64,000 bases of DNA from an uncultured Thermoplasmata archaeon (GTDB taxonomy: Archaea; Thermoplasmatota; Thermoplasmata; UBA10834). The stretch spans positions 320,001-384,000 of the forward strand of contig CAVRDX010000004.1 of the NCBI GenBank assembly GCA_963719945.1, written 5' to 3'. The position numbers were made by a program, and so were the translations under genes. The notes below the pieces were generated by a model. The model saw only the letters and a program-made list of their open reading frames with translations. It was not told the origin of the DNA and searched no databases. Within the stretch, counting starts at the first letter, position 1. Each line of letters opens with the position of its first letter. Positions 31,259 through 40,068 of this stretch are shown here, in pieces.

Positions 31259-32207
31259 AGACACCGCCACTTATGGCCACGGACCGGTTCTTTCCGCGGA
31301 CGACCCTGCCGATTATCGCAGCGTCTATCTTTCTTCTATTGAGCGCTCGCACGAAGCGGACGGCATCATCCTTTGAGAATGTGGCGAGGAGTGCCCCGGA
31401 GCCCAGCAGTCCCAGCGGATCGATCCCGTAATGAGCGCAGATCTTGCGCGTCTCATCCAATATCGGCACCTCGTCGATCCAGAGCTCGACCGATTTTCCA
31501 GATGCATCCGCGAGCTCGTTCACGCCCATAGCAACGCCGCCCTCGGTAGGGTCGTGCATCGCATGCACGTGATATTCAAGCGCGAGCAGAGCTTCTCTCG
31601 CGATGGACAGGCCAGGATCCGTCAAGAACCGGGAAGCACGGTCCACGGTCTTCTTGCCGAGAACGCTCAGGAGTTCGGTTCGCCTCTCTCTGGCGATCAG
31701 CGCAGTGCCTTCGATCCCCGCGCCCTTCGTGAGGATGATCGAGTCCCCGACCTTCGCTCCCGAAGTCAATATCGGTTTCCGGCCGATCAGCACTCCGTGC
31801 ATGTCGCCGACGACTATCGGATGATCTATCCCCGGGGTCACTTCGGTATGCCCACCGGTGACCGCCACCCCGAGACCCTTTGCAGCGGACGAGATCTGTT
31901 TGAATATCTCTTCGACGAGTCTCTCATCCGATCCTTCGGGCAGCAATATTGTCGCCTGGAACCAGCAGGGCTTCGCGCCCCTTGTCGCCACATCGTTCGC
32001 GTTGACATGTACGGCGTACCATCCAATCATGTCCGAGGCGTATGTGACGGGGTCCGTTTTCAGCACCAGAATCTGTCCACCTATCCTCACGAGTGCGGCA
32101 TCCTCTCCGAGCTTCGGACCGAGGATCACTCTCGGGTCACGTGCTCCTGTGTGCTTGAGCATCTTCTTCAGAACCGATGGTGGAAGCTTACCCGTTTGCA
32201 GAGGCAT
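31209..32207 (-). CDS. AIR synthase-related (HypE/PurM-like) protein
   Basis: GKLP, GEDAA, TDPVT, NANDVATRGA, GGHTEVT, MHDPTEGG. Confidence 0.9.
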   Translation of the reverse strand: MPLQTGKLPPSVLKKMLKHTGARDPRVILGPKLGEDAALVRIGGQILVLKTDPVTYASDMIGWYAVHVNANDVATRGAKPCWFQATILLPEGSDERLVEEIFKQISSAAKGLGVAVTGGHTEVTPGIDHPIVVGDMHGVLIGRKPILTSGAKVGDSIILTKGAGIEGTALIARERRTELLSVLGKKTVDRASRFLTDPGLSIAREALLALEYHVHAMHDPTEGGVAMGVNELADASGKSVELWIDEVPILDETRKICAHYGIDPLGLLGSGALLATFSKDDAVRFVRALNRRKIDAAIIGRVVRGKNRSVAISGGVSMPLSSSERDEVLKLS

Positions 32208-32337
32208 TGATCGTTCGAAAGCGATAGCGAGATAATAGTGTTTCGCGTGGTTTCGACAAATGTCCGGCAAGTTGACGAAACCTGAACACCAATGCTTTAT
32301 ATCGATGGGATTCCTGACACCCTTTCGGGCGAGAACA

Positions 32338-33489
32338 ATGATAGCAGAACGCATACAACGTGTGAAAGAGTCAGGCACGATGAAGATGAAGGAGCTGGCC
32401 GGCCAGAAGAAGGCAGAGGGCAAGAAGATCATCTCCTTCACCGTCGGAGAGCCGGATTTCGACACCCCAAAACACATAGTAGAGGCAGCGAAGAAGGCAT
32501 TGGACGAGGGCAAGACAAGGTACCTCGACGGTCCCGGACTGCCTGCGCTCAGAGAGGCGATCGCCAAGAGGAGCAAGGCAAATAACGGCATCCCGTGCGA
32601 GACCTCTAATGTTCTAGTCACGCCTACGAAGCAAGCCATGTTCGAGACGATCATGGCTACCATCAACCCGGGAGAAGAGATGATAATGCCGGACCCTGCC
32701 TGGGTGTCTTACGAGCCTGCCTGCGCACTCGCAGGCGGAAAGGCGGTACCAGTGACGACCAAGGAAGAGACCGAGTGGAGGGTGCTTCCCGAGGATGTCG
32801 CTGAGCTGATCACTCCGAAGACGAAGATGATTCTGTTGAACTCACCATCTAACCCCTGCGGGTCCATCGCTACCAAGGAAGACGTCAAGGGAATCGCGGA
32901 CCTCGCGAAGGACCACGACCTCGTCGTGTTGTCCGATGAGGTTTATGAGAACATCGTGTTCGACGGGCACAAGCACTACTCCATCGCAGCAGAGCCCGGG
33001 ATGTTCGACCGCACGGTCACGATAAGCGGATTCTCGAAGACCTATGCCATGACCGGCTGGAGACTGGGCTGGCTGGTCGCACCGAAGCCGTTGTTCAAAG
33101 CCATCAGCAAGATCCAGCAGCACTCGATCACGCACGCCACGACATTCGCACAGTACGGCGGGCTCGCGGGGCTGACGGAGTCGCAGGACTGCGTGAAGGC
33201 GATGGTCAAGGAGTTCAGCGAGCGCAGGGACCTCATCATAAAACTCATGAAGGAGATACCCCAGCTGCACTGCGACACTCCGAAAGGCGCGTTCTATGTG
33301 TTCCCCAGATACGAGGGGGACAAGGACACGATGGAGATGGCGCTGTACCTGATGGACAAGGCAGAGGTCGCGGTCACGGGCGGTGAGGCGTTCGGTGAGG
33401 CGGGCAAGCAGCACCTGAGGATCTCATACGCCACGGGCAAGAAGAACATCGAGATCGGCATGGAGCGCATCAAGAAAGCGCTGGCCTGA
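32338..33489 (+). CDS. Class I/II PLP aminotransferase (aspartate aminotransferase-like)
   Basis: GEPDFDTP, NSPSNPCG, SDEVYE, GFSKTYAMTGWRLG. Confidence 0.95.
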   Translation: MIAERIQRVKESGTMKMKELAGQKKAEGKKIISFTVGEPDFDTPKHIVEAAKKALDEGKTRYLDGPGLPALREAIAKRSKANNGIPCETSNVLVTPTKQAMFETIMATINPGEEMIMPDPAWVSYEPACALAGGKAVPVTTKEETEWRVLPEDVAELITPKTKMILLNSPSNPCGSIATKEDVKGIADLAKDHDLVVLSDEVYENIVFDGHKHYSIAAEPGMFDRTVTISGFSKTYAMTGWRLGWLVAPKPLFKAISKIQQHSITHATTFAQYGGLAGLTESQDCVKAMVKEFSERRDLIIKLMKEIPQLHCDTPKGAFYVFPRYEGDKDTMEMALYLMDKAEVAVTGGEAFGEAGKQHLRISYATGKKNIEIGMERIKKALA

Positions 33490-33513
33490 TTCCGAACTCT
33501 GGCCAAACCCCTT

Positions 33514-34092
33514 CTATCTCAACTTTCTCGACGATTTCTTGTCCTTGCTCTTGACAACTTTCTTACGGACGACCTTCGGCTTCCCTGCTATCATTTCCTT
33601 GGCCGGGTACTTGTCGAGGTCCATCCTCTTCATGATCATGTGGGGTTTGAATCCCATCTGGCCCCAGGCAGCCCTCGCCTCGAAGTTCGCGGCGGCGACG
33701 CTCAGATTGGCCGTCCTGACCTTGTTCTTGTAGAACCATTTGAGACAGATCTTGAGCATCTCCCTCGTGATGCCCTTCTTCCGCAGCTCAGGTTTCACAT
33801 ATGCATCTGAGATGGTCCCCAAGGTCTTCTCTTTGAAGATGGGTGCGTTCGGCGACAGCATGCAGAGCATGAAACCGACGATCTCATCGCCCTGCTCGGC
33901 CACCACCAGTTTCGTGCTCTTCTCGGAGAACTTCTTTGAAACGTAATCGGACCATTTCTTGCGGCCGTCCTCTGCCGGAAGGAAGTGGATCGAGAGATCA
34001 GAATGATGTGCGACCAATTCCTCCCAGAGGTCTACGACCTGCTCTAGGTCCTCCTTGCGCGCTTCGCGTATCTCTATCTTAGTCCGAGCTAT
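33514..34092 (-). CDS. GNAT N-acetyltransferase (probable ATA start)
   Basis: IEIREARKEDLEQVVDLW lies upstream of the called ORF. Also YVKPELRKKGI and ANFEARAAWGQMGF, plus a basic tail. Confidence 0.88.
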   Translation of the reverse strand: MARTKIEIREARKEDLEQVVDLWEELVAHHSDLSIHFLPAEDGRKKWSDYVSKKFSEKSTKLVVAEQGDEIVGFMLCMLSPNAPIFKEKTLGTISDAYVKPELRKKGITREMLKICLKWFYKNKVRTANLSVAAANFEARAAWGQMGFKPHMIMKRMDLDKYPAKEMIAGKPKVVRKKVVKSKDKKSSRKLR

Positions 34093-34139
34093 ATTCTCAC
34101 CTGCTGCTCCTGGTTATGCAGCGATGTGATTCATGCCAC

Positions 34140-35708
34140 TTAAAGCCTGATGTAGGTGGCGGAGGTCAGGTCAGTGATCGCCTTGACCTTCTCGAGCACT
34201 TCGGGTGATACGGACTCGTCTATCTCGAGGATCATCATCGCCGGCCCTCTGGTCTCCTGTCTGGCGACTTCCATGCTCGCGATGTTGACATCATTGTCTC
34301 CGAGCACGGTGCCCACCTTTCCGATCATACCTGGCTTGTCCATGTGCGATATGAGCAGCAGGTTTCCTTCAGGCACGATGTCCACTTTGTTGCCGTCTAT
34401 CTCCACGAGTCTGGGGCCCTTGTCCGCGATGAGCGAGCCTGCCACGGAGGTCGTGTGGCTGTTCGTGTGCATCGTGACCCTTATCAGGTTCTTGAACGGG
34501 CCAGCGTCATCCGAGGTCGATGTGACGATCTCTATGCCCCTCGTCTTCGCGAAGTTGAGGGCGTTGATGTAGTTGACATTGAACTCTTCGGATATGGGGT
34601 TCAGCAGCCCGGTGACGACGGAAGCGGCTATTATCTTCGTATCCTTCTGTGCCAGCTCCCCTCTGCACGATATCTCCACTTTGCCCGTCCCGCACTTGCC
34701 CAGCTGGCATATGAATGTGCCCAGCGCCTCGGCCAGAGGCATGTACGGCACTATCTCCGGGTCGAGCTTTGCCGGCAGGTTGACCGCGTTCTTGATCACA
34801 TTGTCTTCCAGGTACGCGATGACCTGCTCCGCGATCTCGGAGCCCACATCCTCCTGAGCCTCGTTCGTGGTGGCTCCGAGGTGCGGTGTGAGCACGACGT
34901 TGTTCAGGGTGAGCAACTTAGAACCCTTCGGTGGCTCCTCGGAATAGACATCCAGAGCGGCACCGGCTATCCTTCCTTCGGAGAGTATCTCGTAGAGTGC
35001 GTCCTCGTTCACGACGCCCCCTCTCGCGCAGTTGATGAGCATGGCGCTCTTCTTCATGTGGGACAGCTCGGTCTTTCCGAGCAGGTCCTTCGTCTGTGGT
35101 GTGAGTGGGGTATGGAGCGATACGAAATCCGATTCCTCGAGGAGCCGGTCCAATGTGACGAGCCTCACATGCAGCTTGATGCCCACTTCAGGGGACACGA
35201 GCGGGTCGTACGCGATGACCTTCATGCCCAAGGCGCCTGCGCGTCTGGACACTTCAGCACCGACTCTCCCGAGTCCGATTATGCCGAGCGTCTTGCCTGA
35301 GACCTGCAGTCCCTTGAGCTCCTTCCTCTTCCACTCCCCCTTCTTCATGGAGGCGTCCGCTTCCGCTATCTTCCTCGCAAGAGCGAATATGAGTCCTATG
35401 GTGAGTTCAGCGGTCGATATGACGTTACCTGATGGTGCGATCATTACGAGTATCCCGCCCTCGGTCGCCGCCGGCACATCCACATTGTCTATGCCTATGC
35501 CGGCTCTTCCGATGACCTTCAATTTAGATGCCTTGATGATATTCTTCGTCACCTTGGTCGCGCTTCTGACTAGGATCACGTCGTAGTCCTTGATGATCTT
35601 TATCAGTTCGTCTTCTTTCAGGCCAGTCTTAACGTCTACCTTGTAGCCCTTGGCCTTCAGCATGTCCACGCCGCTCTTTGAAATCTCGTCTGCGACGAGT
35701 ACTCTCAT
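34140..35708 (-). CDS. serA: D-3-phosphoglycerate dehydrogenase (ASB and ACT domains)
   Basis: GRAGIGIDNVD, GLGRVG, NCARGG, TPHLGA, C-terminal DKPGMIG ACT domain. Confidence 0.97.
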   Translation of the reverse strand: MRVLVADEISKSGVDMLKAKGYKVDVKTGLKEDELIKIIKDYDVILVRSATKVTKNIIKASKLKVIGRAGIGIDNVDVPAATEGGILVMIAPSGNVISTAELTIGLIFALARKIAEADASMKKGEWKRKELKGLQVSGKTLGIIGLGRVGAEVSRRAGALGMKVIAYDPLVSPEVGIKLHVRLVTLDRLLEESDFVSLHTPLTPQTKDLLGKTELSHMKKSAMLINCARGGVVNEDALYEILSEGRIAGAALDVYSEEPPKGSKLLTLNNVVLTPHLGATTNEAQEDVGSEIAEQVIAYLEDNVIKNAVNLPAKLDPEIVPYMPLAEALGTFICQLGKCGTGKVEISCRGELAQKDTKIIAASVVTGLLNPISEEFNVNYINALNFAKTRGIEIVTSTSDDAGPFKNLIRVTMHTNSHTTSVAGSLIADKGPRLVEIDGNKVDIVPEGNLLLISHMDKPGMIGKVGTVLGDNDVNIASMEVARQETRGPAMMILEIDESVSPEVLEKVKAITDLTSATYIRL

Positions 35709-35949
35709 CTAGGTCACCCTCTCTTCGCCAAATCTATTCGGCAAAATGGGAACTGAGACTCCCCAATATCAATGTGTTGGACGTAGCCAGCGTTCAAGTG
35801 TTCCTTTTTGTGCTATGATATGGCGCATCGTGTCGAACAGTGATTGCAGGATGACGCTATTCGAATGCGCGCCCCCGTCACTTTCGGTTCTGCGTTTTTC
35901 CAACATAACCCCTATATATCTACCGTATGTTGTGGAGAGGTGGAGTTCA

Positions 35950-36420
35950 ATGCCCGCGATAAAGCGTCGAGCCTCGATCAATTGTAAGCTCAGTGACGCT
36001 TTCGAGTATGTCGCAGACTGGAGGAATTTCGCCAACTACATACCGATGTTCGTCAAGATCGAGCCGACCAGTCTCGTACAATATGGTCCTGGTACCTCCC
36101 TGGACATGACCATGATGCTAGGTACGCGAGTCGTCATGACTACCACTCTTGACGTAGTCGAATTTCTGAAGAACAGGCTCATCGTCATGAAGTCCCATCG
36201 GGGCATAAGGACCAAGACGAGATGGGAGTTCAAGGACATCGGCGGAAAGATACTGGCCACACTCGATTTCGAATTCGAGCTTCCGACCGGGTTGACTCTC
36301 AGGGAAGGCGAGATAAACATGCTGGAGAAGGATCTGGAAGATTCCTGGGCCAAGAGCCTGGATATGCTGAAATGGATCCTAGAATCGCAGCCGCCCAGCC
36401 CCGATGAAGACGATTATTGA
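35950..36420 (+). CDS. SRPBCC/START-like (polyketide cyclase) protein
   Basis: AFEYVADWRNFANYIP. Confidence 0.8.
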   Translation: MPAIKRRASINCKLSDAFEYVADWRNFANYIPMFVKIEPTSLVQYGPGTSLDMTMMLGTRVVMTTTLDVVEFLKNRLIVMKSHRGIRTKTRWEFKDIGGKILATLDFEFELPTGLTLREGEINMLEKDLEDSWAKSLDMLKWILESQPPSPDEDDY

Positions 36421-36422
36421 GT

Positions 36423-36602
36423 TCATGCGCCTGGAGGCAACATGTTCGGTATGCCGTCCTCTATTGGGTAATCGATCTTGCACTTGGCGCATCTGATGCT
36501 CCCCGCGAGCACTTCCTTGGCGTCCTCCTTGTCTATCTTGAGCTCGAGCGGATGGTGCTTGCAGACGGGGCATGCGAGTATGTCCATGAGGTTCTTCTTC
36601 AT
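36423..36602 (-). CDS. trm112: Trm112-like methyltransferase activator
   Basis: Hand-translated: [21 protein letters not shown]...[22 protein letters not shown]. Confidence 0.95.
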   Translation of the reverse strand: MKKNLMDILACPVCKHHPLELKIDKEDAKEVLAGSIRCAKCKIDYPIEDGIPNMLPPGA

Positions 36603-36701
36603 ACCTTACACCAGGACTGTATGGTGAAGTGATAATAAGTCTTTCACGGAGAAGACTGTCCTTGCCAAGGATTAATAATGCGGTATGGGGATTTGCTGCG
36701 C

Positions 36702-37679
36702 ATGCGCATAGGGGTCATAGGCGTCGGTTCGATGGGCCAGAACCATGCGAGGATCCTGGCGGACATGGGTCTTCTGGCTGGTGTCTCGGATATCTCGCCC
36801 GAGGCGGCGAAGAAGGTGGGCGACAGGTATTCGGTCCCTCACATGACCAATTACTCCGATCTTCTCAAGGCAGACATCGATGCCGTGGTGGTCGTGACGC
36901 CCACGACCACGCACAAGAAGGTTGCATCGAGTGCGTTGCGCGCGGGGAAGCACGTGCTTCTCGAGAAGCCGATGACCGGCTCGTCCAAGGACCTCGTGGA
37001 ATTGAACCGCCAGGCCTCGCGTTCCAAACTCGTTCTGGCAGGCGGTTTCGTCGAGAGGCACAATCCTGTCGTATCGTTCGCCAAGACCAGTCTTCAGAAG
37101 GGTGATTTCGGTACGCTCATCACTGCTGCGACCAGGCGCGTGTCCTCGCTGCCTACTAGGATAAGGGACATCGGCGTGGTCATGGACCTGGGCATACACG
37201 ACATGGATGTCGTGCAGCACGTGGTCGGCGAGCGCGCACTGTCCGTGTACGCCCTCGGCGGGACTGGCAAAGGTATCAAGTTCGAGGACCACGCGAACAT
37301 ATTGATAGATTTCGAGAAGGGCGCGACTGGGTTCATAGAGGTCAATTGGCTCACTCCGATGAAGGTGAGGAAGCTCGCCCTGACCTGCGACAAGAACTTC
37401 GTCGAGGTGGATTATATGGATCAGAGCGTTCAGGTCTGCTCGTCCACATTCAAGCCTTTCGAATCGGGCAACCTGTTCAATGTGCCGCTCGAGTTCGACC
37501 TGAGGCGTATCGCCCTAAGGAAGGAAGAGCCGCTCAGACGGGAGCTCAACGATTTCATATCCGCCATTAATGATGGCAAGGACCCGCTCGTCACAGGTGA
37601 GAGCGCTGTCCACACCCTGAAGATCGCAGAGGCTGCCCTTAGATCCATGAAGTCCGGACGGAAGGAACTGGTGCGCTGA
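36702..37679 (+). CDS. Gfo/Idh/MocA oxidoreductase (UDP-sugar 3-dehydrogenase-like)
   Basis: GVGSMGQNHAR, HVLLEKP, ERHNP, DLGIHD, WLTPMKVR. Confidence 0.9.
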   Translation: MRIGVIGVGSMGQNHARILADMGLLAGVSDISPEAAKKVGDRYSVPHMTNYSDLLKADIDAVVVVTPTTTHKKVASSALRAGKHVLLEKPMTGSSKDLVELNRQASRSKLVLAGGFVERHNPVVSFAKTSLQKGDFGTLITAATRRVSSLPTRIRDIGVVMDLGIHDMDVVQHVVGERALSVYALGGTGKGIKFEDHANILIDFEKGATGFIEVNWLTPMKVRKLALTCDKNFVEVDYMDQSVQVCSSTFKPFESGNLFNVPLEFDLRRIALRKEEPLRRELNDFISAINDGKDPLVTGESAVHTLKIAEAALRSMKSGRKELVR

Positions 37680-37727
37680 TAGGTGGTATATTCAGATGGT
37701 CTCGTTCATGCTCAGGCCGGTGGCTCA

Positions 37728-38624
37728 ATGAAGGTGCTCGTCACTGGATCGTCAGGTCAGCTAGGGTCTTACGTGTGCGAGCTGCTGCTGGATAGACACG
37801 AGGTCTCCGGTATCGACAACAGGCCAGCGGTCTATGATTCCGTGAAGTCGCTCACCAGGAAGGGAGACATCCGCAGGATGGGTGATGTGGAGTCCATCAT
37901 GGCCGGCGTGGATGTGGTCGTGCACTGTGCCGCGCAGGTGAGCGTAGAACGCTCGACCGAGGACCCCATCGCCGACGCAGAGACGAACGTCATGGGGACC
38001 ATCAACCTGCTTCATGCCGCATCCAGAGCCGATGTGTCTCGTTTCATATACATCAGCAGCGCAGCGGTATACGGCAACCCACTCAGGACACCTATCGACG
38101 AGTCTCATCCGACAGAGCCGATGAGCAACTACGGTGCCAGCAAACTGTCCGGCGAGAAGTTCTCCCTGGCCTTCGCTCACACGACTTCTATGGAGACAGT
38201 CGTGATCCGTCCGTTCAATTTCTATTCGGAGAGGGCTGATCCCAAGAGCCCTTACTCCGGAGTGATAACGAAGTTCGTGGCTCGCGTTCGCGCTGGCGAC
38301 CCGCCTGTGATAGAAGGCGATGGCACGCAGACCAGGGATTTCATACACGCTCGTGATGTAGCCCGCATGGTCGAGATGACCCTGGACAAGAAGGGGATAT
38401 CAGGCCTCGTCATGAACTGTGGTTCGGGATCGTCCACGAGCATCGCTGACCTGGCGAATCTGACAATCGCGGCCTCTGGGAAGCCAGATCTCAAGCCGGA
38501 GTTCGTCGCTCCGCGCAAGGGAGACATAAAACACAGCCTGGCAGATGCGCGACTAGCAAGAGAGAGGCTGGGCTTCGGCACAAAGGTGTCCATGAGGGAC
38601 GGCATCGCGGAACTTCTCAACTGA
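37728..38624 (+). CDS. NAD-dependent nucleotide-sugar epimerase/dehydratase
   Basis: TGSSGQLG, SSAAVYG, YGASK, GDGTQTRDF. Confidence 0.93.
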   Translation: MKVLVTGSSGQLGSYVCELLLDRHEVSGIDNRPAVYDSVKSLTRKGDIRRMGDVESIMAGVDVVVHCAAQVSVERSTEDPIADAETNVMGTINLLHAASRADVSRFIYISSAAVYGNPLRTPIDESHPTEPMSNYGASKLSGEKFSLAFAHTTSMETVVIRPFNFYSERADPKSPYSGVITKFVARVRAGDPPVIEGDGTQTRDFIHARDVARMVEMTLDKKGISGLVMNCGSGSSTSIADLANLTIAASGKPDLKPEFVAPRKGDIKHSLADARLARERLGFGTKVSMRDGIAELLN

Positions 38625-39918
38625 GCCTCTTGCCTATGCCGGAATATGCGATTCCAGCCTTCTTCATCTTCTCAGTCGAGAAGATGTTTCTCCCATCCAC
38701 CACCCTCGGTGTACTCATGAGCTTCTTCATTGCGGCCGGTGTGATCCTCGCGTATTGGCTGTGCGCTACCATGAATATGGCGATGTCCGCGCCTTCGAGC
38801 GCGCTCCTGAGGTCGCTGACCACTTCGACCCCGTCGATCTCTGAGACATAAGGGTCGTGGACCGTGAGCTTCGCGCAGCTTCTGAACGCGCTCATGACGG
38901 GTATCGTCGGCGAGTTCCTGATATCTCCGCTCTCCTGTAGGAACGATGCTCCGAGGATCGTCACGCAGGCATCGCGCTTCTCTATCTTTGCGTCGGCGAG
39001 CATCTTCATGGCGAGGTCAACGATGTGCAGTGGCATGCCCTCGTTCACCTCCCTGGCGATCGGTATCAGCTTCGGCTTCGCTGCCTTGCCCCCGTGGACA
39101 AGCAGCCACGGGTCCTTGGGGAGGCAATGTCCTCCGACCCCCGCTCCAGGAACGTGCATGTCCCTGAACGGACACGAGTTCACGAGGCGCCTGACCTCGA
39201 ACGCGTCGATGTCCAGCGCTTCACACATGAGCGCGACCTCGTTCGCGAACGCGATCTGCACATCCCTGTATGTGTTCTCCGTCGTCTTGACGACCTCTGC
39301 GGTCGTCAGGTCGGTCGGGTGCAGCTTGCCTTTCATGATGCGCGAGTAAATGGAACTGGCCCTTGCGATGCTCTGCTTGTCCAGCCCTCCGAGCACTCTA
39401 TCGTAGTTCCTCAGATTATAGAGCAATCGTCCTGGCATCACCCTCTCCGGGCAGTGGGCCAACTTGAAATCCTTTCCCATCTTCATCTTCTTCGATCGTT
39501 CCAAGGCCGGTGCGACCACGTTCATCATGGTGCCTGGAGCGATGGTAGATTCGATGATGACCAGGGTGCCCTTCCGCATGTTCTCCCCTATGCTCGTCAT
39601 TGCCGCTATCAACTTCGAGTTGTTGGGCTTGTGCGATTCATTGATGGGCGTGTCGACGCAGACGAATATCGCGTCCCTGTCGGAGCACATGGAGAAATCG
39701 GTGGAGGCTCTGAGCTTGCCCTTCGCGACGGCCTTCGCTAGGAGTTCGTCGAGTTCGGGCTCGTCCCCTTTCAGCGGAAACACACCCTCGTTGATCTTCA
39801 TCGCGCGCTCCGCGGAGACGTCTATGCCTACGACATCGAAACCCTTGTCCGCCAGAAGGACGGAGAGTGGAATGCCGACATAGCCCAGGCCCACAATCGC
39901 CAATTTCTCTTTTGGCAT
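38617..39918 (-). CDS. UDP-N-acetylhexosamine 6-dehydrogenase (WecC/WbpA-like)
   Basis: GLGYVG, ESTIAPG, CPERVMPG, GVGGHCLPKDP. Confidence 0.93.
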   Translation of the reverse strand: MPKEKLAIVGLGYVGIPLSVLLADKGFDVVGIDVSAERAMKINEGVFPLKGDEPELDELLAKAVAKGKLRASTDFSMCSDRDAIFVCVDTPINESHKPNNSKLIAAMTSIGENMRKGTLVIIESTIAPGTMMNVVAPALERSKKMKMGKDFKLAHCPERVMPGRLLYNLRNYDRVLGGLDKQSIARASSIYSRIMKGKLHPTDLTTAEVVKTTENTYRDVQIAFANEVALMCEALDIDAFEVRRLVNSCPFRDMHVPGAGVGGHCLPKDPWLLVHGGKAAKPKLIPIAREVNEGMPLHIVDLAMKMLADAKIEKRDACVTILGASFLQESGDIRNSPTIPVMSAFRSCAKLTVHDPYVSEIDGVEVVSDLRSALEGADIAIFMVAHSQYARITPAAMKKLMSTPRVVDGRNIFSTEKMKKAGIAYSGIGKRLS

Positions 39919-40068
39919 CGGATGCACAATCGCCGAGGAGTGTATAAGACTTTCTCAGCCTGGTCCAGGCCGTCTTCGAAGAACGGGTCCAGCACCATGG
40001 CCATGCGAGGAAAAATCAGAAATGAAAGGGATTTCGTAAGAGGTTTGAGTCTGATCTCCTTCAGCGAC

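Noticed and set aside
31209-32207. AIR-synthase-like protein as SelD or true HypE
   Set aside because: It lacks the N-terminal Cys/Sec-x-x-Lys of SelD and the C-terminal PRIC of HypE.
31209-32666. 485-aa version of the AIR-synthase-like ORF and other long N-terminal extensions (20603-22054, 43957-44592, 661-1782)
   Set aside because: The extensions overlap neighbouring genes or promoters, and family homology starts at the downstream start codons used here.
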